This document shows, piece after piece, positions 1 to 11,400 of a stretch of DNA of 64,000 nucleotides. The DNA comes from Escherichia coli. Its GTDB lineage: Bacteria; Pseudomonadota; Gammaproteobacteria; Enterobacterales; Enterobacteriaceae. The position numbers and the translations under genes are program-made. The notes beneath the pieces are model-generated. The model saw only the letters and a list, made by a program, of their open reading frames with translations, did not search any database and was not told the origin of the DNA. Within the stretch, counting starts at the first letter, position 1. Every line of letters starts with the position of its first letter. The stretch is from NCBI RefSeq assembly GCF_030013205.1, contig NZ_CP122649.1. One strand, 5' to 3'.

Positions 1-382
1 TTTGCAGGTCAGCGACCTCATCCTGAATGCCTTTGAGCTCCGACTGACGGATAATTTCATGGTCGGGCTGATATTCAAACAACGCGAGGAAATCGGCCGT
101 CAGAAACCGATGCTCATTCAGTCTCTTGTCTTTCGTTGATTTTGAACCGTTCTCAGCGACGATTTCAACGCTTACCCATTCCCCGTAATGCCGGGGGTGA
201 GCGCGAAGGATGACGGTATGCAGATTGTTATCCACGTACCGCAACGAGTTAATGAGGAGAGTGTCCCCGGCCACAATCGCCTCAGCCGGAATATCGACGA
301 GCGCAGACCAATACTGCCCTGCCAGCAGAGAATGAAATCGTTCAAGGCGATCGATATTATTTTTACTGACCAGGTCCCCCAT
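1..382 (-). CDS. hypothetical protein, partial (3' end beyond window edge)
   Basis: Own minus-strand translation: ATG at 382, open to position 1 with no stop (MGDLVSKNNIDRLERF...). Absent from the track because it has no in-window stop. Confidence 0.45.
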   Translation of the reverse strand, partial: MGDLVSKNNIDRLERFHSLLAGQYWSALVDIPAEAIVAGDTLLINSLRYVDNNLHTVILRAHPRHYGEWVSVEIVAENGSKSTKDKRLNEHRFLTADFLALFEYQPDHEIIRQSELKGIQDEVADLQ

Positions 383-657
383 AAACTATACCTTCCGAAT
401 TTGTTTGTTATAAACATCATACCATATTGGCTGTTCACCCAAATAACCTGGCATGCGGAAACAGGTGATTCATTTAAAACAGAGCCTGTCCATTTTAAAT
501 GGTGGAATCCAGCAAATTAAATACAGCCATTATCAAACGAGTTGAGGATTAAAGCATGTATTGCAGGAGTATGGATTTAATTGCCCATTAAGCCACGCGC
601 CTTTAAAGACATAGACCTAATGAGCGTTTTGTATTATAAATCTCACGCAAATTTATG

Positions 658-1011
658 TTATTTATTTGGCTGAACTATTTCCCAGTATCTTTCATAAACA
701 CTGAACTGGCATTTAGATATGTCATCTGAAGAGGATCTTGTTCGTGTAACAAATGCTTCTATTGTATCTTCTGATTGTTTAGATAGTTTATCACCTGGTT
801 GTTTGTGAAGAATCATTAGTAATGTTTCAGTAGCTTTCTTTCTCATCTCCACTGGATCAGTTAAACCACCAGCATCTATGCACATGTTTGAAGTAACTGC
901 GTCGTACCCTAAATAAGGTATTGGGTCCCTTTTTATATTCTGCTTATCGCTGGCATGAACAGAAAATACCAATGAAATTATTCCTGCCAATACAATGTTT
1001 TTAATTTTCAT
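658..1011 (-). CDS. small exported protein (signal peptide)
   Basis: Track ORF 658..1041; internal ATG at 1011 preferred (MKIKNIVLAGIISLVFSVHA, GGAG RBS upstream). Confidence 0.5.
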   Translation of the reverse strand: MKIKNIVLAGIISLVFSVHASDKQNIKRDPIPYLGYDAVTSNMCIDAGGLTDPVEMRKKATETLLMILHKQPGDKLSKQSEDTIEAFVTRTRSSSDDISKCQFSVYERYWEIVQPNK

Positions 1012-1158
1012 ATGTTTCTCCATTACTATCACCAAGTTCAAAACATAATTTTTATATCACAAATCTTTCTAAGCAATAAACAGCTAATTCCTGTTGTGAA
1101 GCATCATTTTTCATCCCGGCGTACAAATGACACCGGGAACAGAATCCGTCAGGAATTT

Positions 1159-1773
1159 TCAAGGCATAGATAAATTGTTATCACACCAATATTGATGCAG
1201 GCCTGCAATCCATACTTTCGAGACTGCCGACAGCGTCTGCGCCAGATCACGCATACATTCAGGTGTGAATAACCGGACTGGCTCCCCCATACCGTCACTC
1301 GCAGTGATGATGTGCTCCAGGATGTTCCCGTGACATAAATTGTGCCGAACCCTCACGATTTCCGCATAGGGTAGTTTCGGGGCGCCGTCCGCAATCTTGG
1401 TCAGCAGATCCTGCTCGTCGGGAAAGGCCAGCAGTGTCACCGGCATACCGGCCTGGTGAGCCCTTCTTAGCAGAGCATTACTGAGTGTGGCCATATCGCT
1501 TAAGTCCACCAGCGGTGTTGGTGCCTGCGGTTGTGCCTGCGACGCCTTCAGCTTCATCGTCACCCTCAGTGAGGTCTCAATCCCGTTCAGGAAAGTCGTA
1601 CAGGCGGCTAGCCACAACTCACCGTGAATGGCCCGGGTAGCCTGGTCAAAGAACCAGTCAATCGCAGCTGTCGTTCGGTACGCCCTGTATGCCTCCAGTT
1701 CCCGTAACTGTGCCAGGTACTTCTCGCACGCCTCTGCGTCTACCGGATCGTTATCGTCGGTATCGATAGCCAT
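1159..1773 (-). CDS. hypothetical protein (204 aa)
   Basis: Long ORF; no motif recognised. Confidence 0.55.
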   Translation of the reverse strand: MAIDTDDNDPVDAEACEKYLAQLRELEAYRAYRTTAAIDWFFDQATRAIHGELWLAACTTFLNGIETSLRVTMKLKASQAQPQAPTPLVDLSDMATLSNALLRRAHQAGMPVTLLAFPDEQDLLTKIADGAPKLPYAEIVRVRHNLCHGNILEHIITASDGMGEPVRLFTPECMRDLAQTLSAVSKVWIAGLHQYWCDNNLSMP

Positions 1774-1950
1774 AGGGAATTCCTGTTGTCATGTTCGTGA
1801 ATGAAAATCCGCTGAACCATATCATACCGTTACATAAATTACGGCTTAGTGCCGGGATATCTTTCCCGAATGCTGAGCCATTGAAATTTGATCTTTTCTC
1901 TTTATCTGGTAATACTGGTTAAATATCCAGTATTGAATCCGAGTGTGCTC

Positions 1951-2385
1951 ATGTCTGTATTCCCTGAACGTTTTGCATCCCCTCCTCGTGATACAACCCC
2001 TTTTTTCAGTGACCTACTGAGTTGCGGGGTGATGAGTCCGTGCGCCGGACACGAAGACAATGAGCTGAATTTACATGATTTTGTGGTTCGTAATCGCCCC
2101 GCGACTTTCTTTGTCAGGGCCTCAGGTCTCAGCATGGTAGACGCCGGAATAAACGACGGCGCCATACTGGTTGTGGATCGGTCACTGACTGCGGAGCACG
2201 GCTCAATCGTCGTTGCGCTGGTTGACGGCGAGTTTACCGTGAAGATTTTGCAGACCTTCCCGAAACTGATGTTGATGCCCTCCAACCCCGCCTTCAAGCC
2301 GATACCTGTTAACCCGGACACTCTTGAAATCTGGGGCGTTGTCACCTTTGCGTTGAATCAGTTTCCTCATGTACATGCACGTTGA
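1951..2385 (+). CDS. umuD: UmuD/MucA-like S24 peptidase, translesion polymerase accessory subunit
   Basis: LexA-like C-terminal domain (FFVRASGLSM ... FTVKIL); start placed at MSVFPERF; stop overlaps the umuC-like start as in umuDC operons. Confidence 0.85.
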   Translation: MSVFPERFASPPRDTTPFFSDLLSCGVMSPCAGHEDNELNLHDFVVRNRPATFFVRASGLSMVDAGINDGAILVVDRSLTAEHGSIVVALVDGEFTVKILQTFPKLMLMPSNPAFKPIPVNPDTLEIWGVVTFALNQFPHVHAR

Positions 2386-3628
2386 TATCAATGGAGCCTA
2401 CGCGGCATTTGAATGCGCCATGGACCCCAAACTTGCCAAATCCCCGCTCATCATCGCGAGCAACAACGATGCCACCATTATCGCCATGAACAGGCTCGCC
2501 AAAAATACAGGGCTCAAACGCGGGATGCCTATCTTCAAATGCCGGGATCTGATTGAGCAGCATCATATTGCGGTACGGAGCTCCAACTTTACGTTGTACG
2601 AAGATTATTCCAACCGGTTTCATGAAACGCTGGAGGGGTTTGCCGAGGATACCGATCGTTACAGCGTGGATGAAAGCTTCATGCTACTGAAAAACATGGA
2701 CAAAATAGTAGATTTTGAAGAGTACGGATGCCTGATCAGACGAACGCTGCTACACAATCTTTCGCTCACCTGCGGGATTGGAGTATCGACCACGAAAACG
2801 CTCGCAAAATTATGCACCTACGCCAGTAAGCGATGGGCAGCAACTGGTGGTGTGGTCGTCCTTACAGACCCATTCCGAATTAAAAAACTGCTGAGTCTCA
2901 TCAGTACCCGGGAAATCTGGGGCATTGGCCGCAAAATCAGTGAGCGGCTGGCTGCGTACGGGATCATCACGGCCTGCGACTTTTATGACAGCGATGTGCG
3001 GTTTTTACGAAAGGCATTCGGTGTTGAAATGGAACGTACCTGGCGGGAGCTGCATGGCGAGTCCTGTTTCCGGTTGCATGAATCCCCTCCTGTCAGACAA
3101 CAAATTATCGTCTCACGGAGCTTTGGCCAGCGCCTTAATACATTCAGCAAGATGCATGAGGCAGTGTCATTCTTTACCGGCCGTGCCGCTGAACAGCTTC
3201 GAAACGATGGCTCCTGGACTCGCCAAATCACCGTGTTTATCCAGAGCAGCCCGTTTGCCAGAGCTGAAACCCGGTACAGCAGCTGCGGTATTGAGCCGCT
3301 TACTGCGACGCAGGACACCCGCGACCTGGTCAGTGCGGCAGGCGCCATACTGACCCGAATCTACAAACCCGGCATAGATTATGCGAAGGCGGGCGTGATG
3401 CTTTCGTCAATGACCGATGGCACTGAGCAGCTATCCCTGTTCGATGAACGTCCCGCCAGGCGAGGCAGTGAAGCACTGATGAAGGTGATGGATCGGTTTA
3501 ACAAAGAGCATCGAGGTTCTCTGTTTCTGGCTTGCGAAGGGATTCATCAGGATTTCCGGGGGAAGCAGGCCATGCTGTCCCCACGGTATACCACTCGCTG
3601 GAATGAGTTACTTGTCGTCAAAGCCTGA
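2369..3628 (+). CDS. umuC: UmuC/MucB-like Y-family error-prone DNA polymerase
   Basis: 419 aa; N-terminal VDINGAYAAFE resembles the UmuC/ImpB family start; operon partner of the umuD-like gene. Confidence 0.88.
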   Translation: MYMHVDINGAYAAFECAMDPKLAKSPLIIASNNDATIIAMNRLAKNTGLKRGMPIFKCRDLIEQHHIAVRSSNFTLYEDYSNRFHETLEGFAEDTDRYSVDESFMLLKNMDKIVDFEEYGCLIRRTLLHNLSLTCGIGVSTTKTLAKLCTYASKRWAATGGVVVLTDPFRIKKLLSLISTREIWGIGRKISERLAAYGIITACDFYDSDVRFLRKAFGVEMERTWRELHGESCFRLHESPPVRQQIIVSRSFGQRLNTFSKMHEAVSFFTGRAAEQLRNDGSWTRQITVFIQSSPFARAETRYSSCGIEPLTATQDTRDLVSAAGAILTRIYKPGIDYAKAGVMLSSMTDGTEQLSLFDERPARRGSEALMKVMDRFNKEHRGSLFLACEGIHQDFRGKQAMLSPRYTTRWNELLVVKA

Positions 3629-3670
3629 CGTTCATGCCGGTGTTACCCGGCATGGCCAGTTTCGGAAGGA

Positions 3671-3681
3671 AAAGTAACTTT
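3671..3681. promoter_or_regulatory. AAAGTWACTTT palindrome site
   Basis: Exact match, between convergent umuC and dsbA-like 3' ends. Confidence 0.6.
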
Positions 3682-4510
3682 AGCCTCCACGGGCCTTCTG
3701 GATTGCGTATTTCAGGGTGGCCTCGTCAACAGCGCCCGGGATGAATGACGTCGTTGCAGCGTCGGGTTTTTGCATGTTCATAATAATGAACCCTGGCGTA
3801 CCGTTAATCCCGAGAGCTTCCCCCAGCTGCATGTTTCCGGAGATAACGTTCTCATAGCGGCTTTTCTCCCGATCGCCGAATGAGCTGTTGAACCCGGATT
3901 TGTTCACAACCATGTCTAAATCATTGAGTGTAAACGCACGCTGGTTGTTGAAGAATACATACGCACTGGTCATCAGATTGTTGTGATACTTACGATACGC
4001 TTCCGCACCGAATGTCTGATACACATGCAGGCCTGTCGCCGCCCCCATTGCGGAAACAGGTTTTGAGCCAGCGAAGATCGGAAATTCTTTAAAGAAGAAC
4101 TTTACATCAGTGCTTTGGCTCAACACAGATTCAACAACCGGCGCTACCTGCATACAGAAATGACACTGGTAGTCGAAAAACTCAATAACAGCGACGGCCG
4201 CATTATCAGGTCCGATATTGGGTGTCTCTTTGGTCTCGAAGAGTGCCGGTGCGTAGGGGATAATCCGCTCAAGGGAAGCGTTAGTATTTTCTTTTTCTAG
4301 CGCCTTACCTGCTTCGAGAAGATACTGGGGATTTTTTACCAGATAGGAAGCAGCTACTCGTCCTATTTCGTCGTTACCCGGTACATCGGGTTTTAGATAT
4401 TTCGACGTAATATACACAGAGCCAGCCGTCGCAATCACCGCAGAAATTAAAACAGACGCCACGGGTTTTAAATAATTTAATTTAATCATAGCCACCTTTA
4501 CGCATTTCAA
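3680..4510 (-). CDS. thioredoxin-fold thiol:disulfide oxidoreductase (DsbA-like)
   Basis: CHFC redox motif after an N-terminal membrane/signal segment. Confidence 0.65.
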   Translation of the reverse strand: MKCVKVAMIKLNYLKPVASVLISAVIATAGSVYITSKYLKPDVPGNDEIGRVAASYLVKNPQYLLEAGKALEKENTNASLERIIPYAPALFETKETPNIGPDNAAVAVIEFFDYQCHFCMQVAPVVESVLSQSTDVKFFFKEFPIFAGSKPVSAMGAATGLHVYQTFGAEAYRKYHNNLMTSAYVFFNNQRAFTLNDLDMVVNKSGFNSSFGDREKSRYENVISGNMQLGEALGINGTPGFIIMNMQKPDAATTSFIPGAVDEATLKYAIQKARGG

Positions 4511-4595
4511 CTTGTTAGTTATCAGCCTGCGTTCGATTATACTGGCACGGTATATCGGAATTATTCATTAAAGAACCCTTTTTGGAGGATTTAGA

Positions 4596-5207
4596 ATGTT
4601 ACGGCAATTTTTCTTACTAACAGCCACAACGTTCTTATGTGGATGCGGTTATCATTTTGGAAATGACGTTGATGCGTACGATTTACTGCCCCGCCCGGTA
4701 GGCAGCAAGAAATTTGAAATTGTTGCTCCGGATGACAGTATTCAGTCGCGAATGTTTGCAGCCCGGTTTGCGAGCGGATTAACGGGTAAGGGGTTTAATA
4801 TTTCCAGCCATCAGCCCGAATATATTCTCAGATTCAGTTACAGCAAGACCCAGGAGAATCTGCAATACAGTGAACTACCGGTGACGGGAATAACCGGATA
4901 TGTTATCGAGAAGAAAACAACGCGAAAAGATAAGCACGGGCAAACTGAGACGGACTATGACTATAAGCCGGTCAGTGGGATCGTAGGAACAGAGACGGTA
5001 TCACAAAGACATTTCTGGCGTCGTCTTGATGTGGAAGTCTACCCTGCGGGAAAAAATGCACAGCAGGTGCTAAAAGTCAGTATGCAGAGCAATGCGCCGA
5101 TCCCATCGGACAGCGTGGCGTATTCCGCAATGATTGACGCTTTGACCGGGAATCTGGATGCCCCGCTGCGCTCCGGAAACTACGTCGCCTCGGTCCCCTG
5201 GAACTGA
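4596..5207 (+). CDS. lipoprotein
   Basis: N-terminus LLTATTFLCGCG fits a lipobox. Confidence 0.55.
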   Translation: MLRQFFLLTATTFLCGCGYHFGNDVDAYDLLPRPVGSKKFEIVAPDDSIQSRMFAARFASGLTGKGFNISSHQPEYILRFSYSKTQENLQYSELPVTGITGYVIEKKTTRKDKHGQTETDYDYKPVSGIVGTETVSQRHFWRRLDVEVYPAGKNAQQVLKVSMQSNAPIPSDSVAYSAMIDALTGNLDAPLRSGNYVASVPWN

Positions 5208-5265
5208 TGACCGGCACTGTAACGACCAACCACAAATTAACTTTTCTCACCTGCATGCCACGTCT

Positions 5266-5688
5266 TTACCGGCCTCCTCTGTTGAAATCATAGAGTCGGT
5301 ACAGATCACCGATGGTCAGCTCATCCACTTTGGTCACGAAGAGATATTCAAACTGAGCTTTCTGAATATCTGAGACTGACGCATCGTCCAGCACCGTTTG
5401 GTAAAATTTGGCATTGATACATCTTTCCGGATGCATGAACTGGTACCGCCCCTGGAGCACCACCATCAGAAAGATCAATATCAGCAGAACGAGAAGTAAC
5501 ATCTGGTTGGAAAGATCCAGTCCCAGCGACACACCAATGGTTGCCATGAAACAGAGAGTCCATCCCACCAGGGCGTAAGGAGCCTTTTGGATCTTTTGTT
5601 GGTAATAACGGAGGATCACCGGATCATTTAAATACCGCTTATCCGGCAATCCCGTTGCCCGGGTGACAATGCTGAGCCAAAGCGACAT
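5266..5688 (-). CDS. inner-membrane protein
   Basis: Two hydrophobic helices (LVGWTLCFMATIGV, LLLVLLILIFLMVVL). Confidence 0.5.
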   Translation of the reverse strand: MSLWLSIVTRATGLPDKRYLNDPVILRYYQQKIQKAPYALVGWTLCFMATIGVSLGLDLSNQMLLLVLLILIFLMVVLQGRYQFMHPERCINAKFYQTVLDDASVSDIQKAQFEYLFVTKVDELTIGDLYRLYDFNRGGR

Positions 5689-5710
5689 CTTCTAACCCCC
5701 AGCGACGCAC

Positions 5711-6103
5711 TCAGGCCAGACGTTCATAGAACGCAACAATGGGCTGGAAGATGGGTGTTTGTACCAGCTCGGGGCGAATGGCTTTCAGCTGCCTTACCGG
5801 CGCCAACTCATCCCTCGGCTTAGCGATTTCATTGCTAGGGCCTTTCTTGGTACTGTCGGTGTTCACCTTTAACCTGTCATTGCTCAGATACGACTCAAAC
5901 CGTTTCGACATCACGTCGCTGCGGGATGTCGCATCATTGAGTTTTTTTAAAACTGCGTCTTTATCTGTCTGAGCAGCAGATACCAGACTCTCACTGCTGG
6001 CCACAGTGTCGGCGTCGCAGGCCCCGAACTGGCATTTGGCAGCAAAGACGGGTTGAGAACCAACCGCCACCAGCATTAACGTTGTCAGTATTGCAGATTT
6101 CAT
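5711..6103 (-). CDS. exported protein
   Basis: Start at MKSAILTTLMLVAV (AAGAGG RBS); signal peptide; Cys pair CQFGAC. Confidence 0.5.
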   Translation of the reverse strand: MKSAILTTLMLVAVGSQPVFAAKCQFGACDADTVASSESLVSAAQTDKDAVLKKLNDATSRSDVMSKRFESYLSNDRLKVNTDSTKKGPSNEIAKPRDELAPVRQLKAIRPELVQTPIFQPIVAFYERLA

Positions 6104-6128
6104 AAACACCTCTTGCAGTCGTGGAAAG

Positions 6129-6878
6129 TCACTTTTGTTCGGCACCCATGCGGGTCACCAGATTTTCCGGGCTCATCCAACCGGTGAATAGCTGAGGTTT
6201 CCCCGACAGCGTTACCATCGTTGGCGTACCCTGAAGCGGAATAGTTGAAGCTACCTGGAAATGCGATTTGATGGTATCGAGGCAGGCCTCGTCAGGCCGT
6301 CCTTCCGGAATGGTTGATGTCGGGCTCATTGCGGCATCCAGTGCATCATTAGGTTTTGCCGCACACCATATTTTTGCCATATTCCCCGCGACAACGGAGT
6401 TGAGACCTGCACGTGGAAAGGCGAGGAATTTGATTGAGATCCCGGCGTCGAGATAGGATTGAAGATCTTGATGCAATTTCTGGCAAAAGCCGCATGTAAT
6501 ATCCGTAAACACTGCCAGACGGTATTTTTCATTCGCCGACTTATATTCGATGGATTTTGTTTTAGTGGCGAACTCCCTGACACCTTTCAGAATAGCCTGC
6601 TCAGTTGTGTTCTCCACATCTTTCCCGTTCACATGAAACAAGCTCCCGGTGAAAATGTAATCGCCATCTTTGCTGACGTAGCTCACGCCCTCTCTTGAAA
6701 TGACGGTATAAATATCTTTTACCGGCGATGGTTCAATATGCTCGATAGACAAGCCCACTTCTCTTAATTTCTTCAGTGCAGCATCGGGAAGCACGTCAGT
6801 GTTCGCTGTCTGGGCATTCATACTCAAGGCCGTACAGGATGCCAGTAAAAATAATGATGCCTTGATAGTCTTATTCAT
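6129..6878 (-). CDS. DsbC-like disulfide isomerase
   Basis: Signal peptide, CGFC active site, DsbC-like length (249 aa). Confidence 0.72.
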   Translation of the reverse strand: MNKTIKASLFLLASCTALSMNAQTANTDVLPDAALKKLREVGLSIEHIEPSPVKDIYTVISREGVSYVSKDGDYIFTGSLFHVNGKDVENTTEQAILKGVREFATKTKSIEYKSANEKYRLAVFTDITCGFCQKLHQDLQSYLDAGISIKFLAFPRAGLNSVVAGNMAKIWCAAKPNDALDAAMSPTSTIPEGRPDEACLDTIKSHFQVASTIPLQGTPTMVTLSGKPQLFTGWMSPENLVTRMGAEQK

Positions 6879-6983
6879 TTCAGCTCCTTTAATGGAGTGT
6901 TAATACTATCATGCGAAAAAATCTGCCTAATTCGCTTAAGGGGAAAAATTCCCCCCTATAGCAAAAAAAATTTTGACGACGAT

Positions 6984-7541
6984 ATGGGAGAATATCCAGA
7001 ACGTAATTCCAGCGGAGATTATCTCGTGTTTATACCACCAGTAGACGATGTGAAACCTATTCCCGTTCCTGTTGAGATCTACACGCAGTGCATTACCGAT
7101 GCCTCCCGTTTTTTCGGGATTGATGCGGAGTTGGTCTTTACGCTTTTTGATAATGAGGGCGGAAAAGTCGGGACGTTCAGCCGTAATAAAAATGGCACTT
7201 ATGATATTGGGCCTATGCAGATCAATTCGTCCAACCTGCCGGAAATACGCGACCATTTTCCGTCTGTTACGTGGCGGGTGCTGGCCTATGACGCCTGTGC
7301 CAGTTTCTGGGTGGGCACCTGGTGGCTTTACCGGAAGATTGTTGACCGGAAGGGTAACGTATTTGAAGGGATTGCCGATTACAACAGCAAAACCCCTAAG
7401 GTCCGGGCGACGTATATCTTCAACTTCATGATCAAATACAATCGCCGGATTCAGCGCCGAAATGGAATGGACGAATTATATCAGTGGACGCAACCTAAGC
7501 CCCAGTACAACGGGCATATTGTAAAAAATCTTCCTGAATAA
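6984..7541 (+). CDS. lytic transglycosylase (SLT domain), conjugation-associated
   Basis: SLT-type motifs (GPMQIN, AYNAG-like region); internal ATG at 6984 preferred. Confidence 0.75.
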   Translation: MGEYPERNSSGDYLVFIPPVDDVKPIPVPVEIYTQCITDASRFFGIDAELVFTLFDNEGGKVGTFSRNKNGTYDIGPMQINSSNLPEIRDHFPSVTWRVLAYDACASFWVGTWWLYRKIVDRKGNVFEGIADYNSKTPKVRATYIFNFMIKYNRRIQRRNGMDELYQWTQPKPQYNGHIVKNLPE

Positions 7542-7592
7542 AATACGACCCTACTCTCCAATTTTTTATTAGTTGTTTCGTAGCCATAAACA

Positions 7593-8204
7593 ATGCGGCT
7601 CTTAGAGAATGAAAACGTCCTGAGAAAAAGGTTAACGATGCTCCAGTCAATTTATAAATTCCTGTTCAATTTATGCAGTTCACCGCAGCTGCCCAAAAAT
7701 AAAGACGTGGATGGGATATTGTCTCATGAAGAAATAACCGCTGGATTATGGGGTCCTTTGCCATCAATCCATGTTGTTCTTTTCCTGGATTTTGATGGTG
7801 TAGTCCACAAATGTCAGAATGAATCGTTCGAGAGGATGCATTTGATTGAGAGGTTACTTGACGCGAGTCCTTCAATGTTCATCGTTATATCAAGCTCATG
7901 GAGAGAGTGCGGCAGTATCACTTACCTAAAGTCACTTTTCCGCTCGCCATACAGAGACAGGGTAATTGGAGCAACCCCATCCCTGTATCTCCCCTCAGGA
8001 AGTATAGGAGTCCGTGCAGCTGAATGTGAGGACTTCGTCACCAGACACAAAGTAAAAGCCTTTATCTGCCTTGATGACGATGCGACCCTGTTTCCTCCAG
8101 AGTACCCGCACCTGTTTCGTACAGATTATTACACCGGGGTTAATGAAAAGGATCTAACGGACCTGATAGCCAGATATAATGTGCTGATGACCCGCTTTTA
8201 TTGA
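7593..8204 (+). CDS. HAD-superfamily hydrolase-like protein
   Basis: HAD motif I VVLFLDFDGVVH; start codon uncertain. Confidence 0.5.
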   Translation: MRLLENENVLRKRLTMLQSIYKFLFNLCSSPQLPKNKDVDGILSHEEITAGLWGPLPSIHVVLFLDFDGVVHKCQNESFERMHLIERLLDASPSMFIVISSSWRECGSITYLKSLFRSPYRDRVIGATPSLYLPSGSIGVRAAECEDFVTRHKVKAFICLDDDATLFPPEYPHLFRTDYYTGVNEKDLTDLIARYNVLMTRFY

Positions 8205-8205
8205 A

Positions 8206-8216
8206 AAAGTAACTTT
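8206..8216. promoter_or_regulatory. AAAGTWACTTT palindrome site
   Basis: Exact match immediately after the HAD-like stop. Confidence 0.6.
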
Positions 8217-8287
8217 TCCACACCCTCCATACAACCAAAGCCTCTGATGCGCTATAGCCTAGGCACTAAAGCATCAGTCGATTCAGA

Positions 8288-8298
8288 AAAGTTACTTT
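8288..8298. promoter_or_regulatory. AAAGTWACTTT palindrome site
   Basis: Exact match, downstream of trhG. Confidence 0.6.
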
Positions 8299-8450
8299 TC
8301 TCTCAATTTTCATTTTGAACAGAAGAAATGCACATTTTCTTAGTGTGCCGGGTGACCTGTATTTGGTGAGGAAATTTGAATCAGGGTGATGCAAGCAAAA
8401 AAAGACCGTACTCAAAAGAGAGTACGGCCTTTATCAGCTACTACTTACTT

Positions 8451-11400
8451 TTACTTCTTATTTTCATTCAGCCAGCTTTTAGCTTTCTCAATTCTCGACT
8501 GATATGGTTCATTTGTATTATTCAGGTTTGACTTCATAAAGCTCACGAATGCATCTGCTTTATCCGGCCCAAAACGTGGATCATCGGTCAGTTGCTGACG
8601 AATCGCACGTTCTGAGTTTTGTGATGCAGTCTCATACGCCTTGATCCCATCCCCCCCCATATCCTTATACCTGCTGGTCACCTCGCTAACACCATCTGAC
8701 ATTTGCAGGTGATTTCCAACCTTGCCCAATAGCGAGCTCGGCATATTTTGTGGATTCGAAGCATCGTTTGCCAAAGATGAAGGGGTGGTCAGGATACCCA
8801 TACCTGAGAGCATGTCGTTTACAGGTTTAGCTCCGATAACGTCAAGTCCTCTGGCAACACTCTCCTGCCCCGATAAAAGCGTACTACCAATAACACCACG
8901 TTCTGTATTGGACTCAATTTTATTACCAACAAGGAGATCCGTCGTGGTTTGGGTTCGTTGCCCAACGAGCCCGCCGCCAGAACCACCTTCCCCAAGATTC
9001 GCCCTCACAACTGAGTCAAGAGAACCTGAAGCCTTGTTATGCATGTTGAAACCTTCATGGATATTCTGGAGATCGTTCATCCCCCAGCGAACGTTATAGT
9101 GACTCAGTTCGGAGAGGATATTTTGAGTATCCGCTTTCAGTTGTTCTTTCTCAGCGCCGGTTGCCATTGTACTGGCGCCATAGGTAAACACAGCTTGTGC
9201 GGCCAGTTCCGCACGTTTGTCATCCGGCTTTTTGGTAGGATCATTTGCAATCCTGCCAAAATAATTCGGGAGGTTGCCTGATATACCGCGTATCTGGTTA
9301 TCTCCGTACATATTATTCAGTTTGTCGCTGATAGTACCCATGCCCGAAGTCGCATGCTTACCGCCCGAACCAGCCTGTAACTGGTCGAAAGTTTGGTTGG
9401 CGTGCTGAACGTCCACCCCAGCCCCCTGAACTCTTCCCACAGTTTCATTCGTCACAACAGGGGTATTCTTCTCCAATGACGAGAGCACATTCTGGTTCTC
9501 TTCGCTATAGGATTTATTTACATTACCTTGATGAATGCCCTGAATATCTTCTTTGCTGATCTTGTCCACATTGTACGGAGTTACACCAGACTCAGTTTGT
9601 CCACCAACATGCTGGTTAGCATTTTGTTGGTTTTGTACCAGCCCGGCTTTTGCCTGAGCATCCATACTTTGCCCCACGTCAGCAACACGATCAGCGCTCA
9701 TTACGCTGGACGTATTTACATGTTCTGGGGTGCGATCCTGCGCCTGTGCAATCGTGTTAATACCCGAGGCATCACCAGTGATTCGGTCAAGCTGATTAGT
9801 AATCGGCAGCATCTGTTGAGCGTTACCGCCAAAGTCAGCAACCAGCCCTTTAAGCAGGCTGGAAGTTTCACGCAGATCCTGTTTATTGCTCTCAGCCGTT
9901 TCACCTCGGGCAGTATCAATCGCTATTTTTTGCTCACTAAAGTCACGTGTCGTTGCCACCAGCGCATCTGTACGTTGGAGTTGTGAACCCAACTGAGTGC
10001 TGGCCTTAAATGTGTCATTATAGGAATTGAACTTCTCCATAAAGGCATTCTCATCAAGACCATTTTTCCGTGCAAAATTACGCACATCTTCATCGCTAAA
10101 GTTTTTATTACGGATAGAATCGGAGAATCTGTCCAGGTTGATAGCCTGTCTTGAGTCGAGTGTCATGCCAGTATTGGCGCTGGCGTTCGTTGAAAGTGAC
10201 GTCGACAAGTTTTCGGCCATTGTCTGTGTGGACTGGTTCATTTTTGTTGCAGCTTCTTTGAATGCATTGGTCTGTGCAAACTGATCACTGTTTATCTGAG
10301 CAGCCGCTTTAGTCATTTGGTCAGTCAGTCCTGAGTTTTCAGTCAATTGAGTCGTAATAGCTTTACTCAAATCAGTTAAGAGACTTTCATTCCCAGAATT
10401 ACTTTTCGTGATCCCTGATCCAACTTGCCCCCCCGCTTTTATTCCTAGGCTATCCATTACTTTCTGAGCGAGACCTCCTCCTCCTCCTTTTCCAAGTTTT
10501 TCTTCACCACCAAGTCCCAAACTGCCATTGAGCAGAAGATTTGACACCACGCCAGCTAATTGCTGCGAATTAATTCCATGCTTCGCCCCTACGCTATTCG
10601 CGATGTTTGCACCGGCCTGGTCAGTAAATGATTTCAAGCTTTGCAGGTTGGAGGTAAATTGCTGGCCTGATTGCCCCGTTCGGCCAACTTCACTCATCTG
10701 GTTGAAGGCCTGCTGGAATGTGTTACTTGCTGCGCTCATGGCTGAAGAGGTAAATGCTGCCCCTTGCCCCTGGCTTGACGCGATACTTGAACCGGCATTC
10801 CACGTACCGAGTCGGAAATTACTGGAGTCCATGGCCCCGCCACCACTGAATCCTTGGCCGGTGCTTGTCAGCGCGGTACGATTCACATCCCCAAACGATG
10901 ATTTTCCGCTGTTTGGCGCATCCCACACTTTCGGCGTGAGGTGGCTGGAGTCCACTGGCGCTGGTGGTGTGACTCCTTTCATCGCGTTCATCATTGGATG
11001 AATGGATTGCGTCATCAGGAACAGCGTCAATACAGGGATAAGAGCATAGAGTGCTGATGCTACTGATAAATAAGAGCTGTATGTTTCGGCAAGCCCTGGC
11101 AAACCCATCCATGTCACCGCGTTACTCTGACTATTCAATGTGCTCCATGTATCAAGATCTGCGGTCGCCACTTTCTTCACGTAGGCATTCACCATAACCG
11201 CAGTAATAGGCCACATATTTACGAAAAGAATAAGCTGGAGATATTTTGCAGCAGCGGCCACACCATTTCCCCCGAGAGCCAAAAGCATGAGCAATGCAAA
11301 TGGGGCAACCATGTACGCAAACATCTCAAGAAACGCGATGGCTGCACCGGACAATTGCAGCCAGAGCTGCCCCTGAGATGCCATGGTATTCGTACGCTTT

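Noticed and set aside
172-520. Track ORFs 172..438 (-) and 188..520 (+)
   Set aside because: A longer uninterrupted minus-strand frame starting at 382 and running off the window covers this region and is more likely the real gene.
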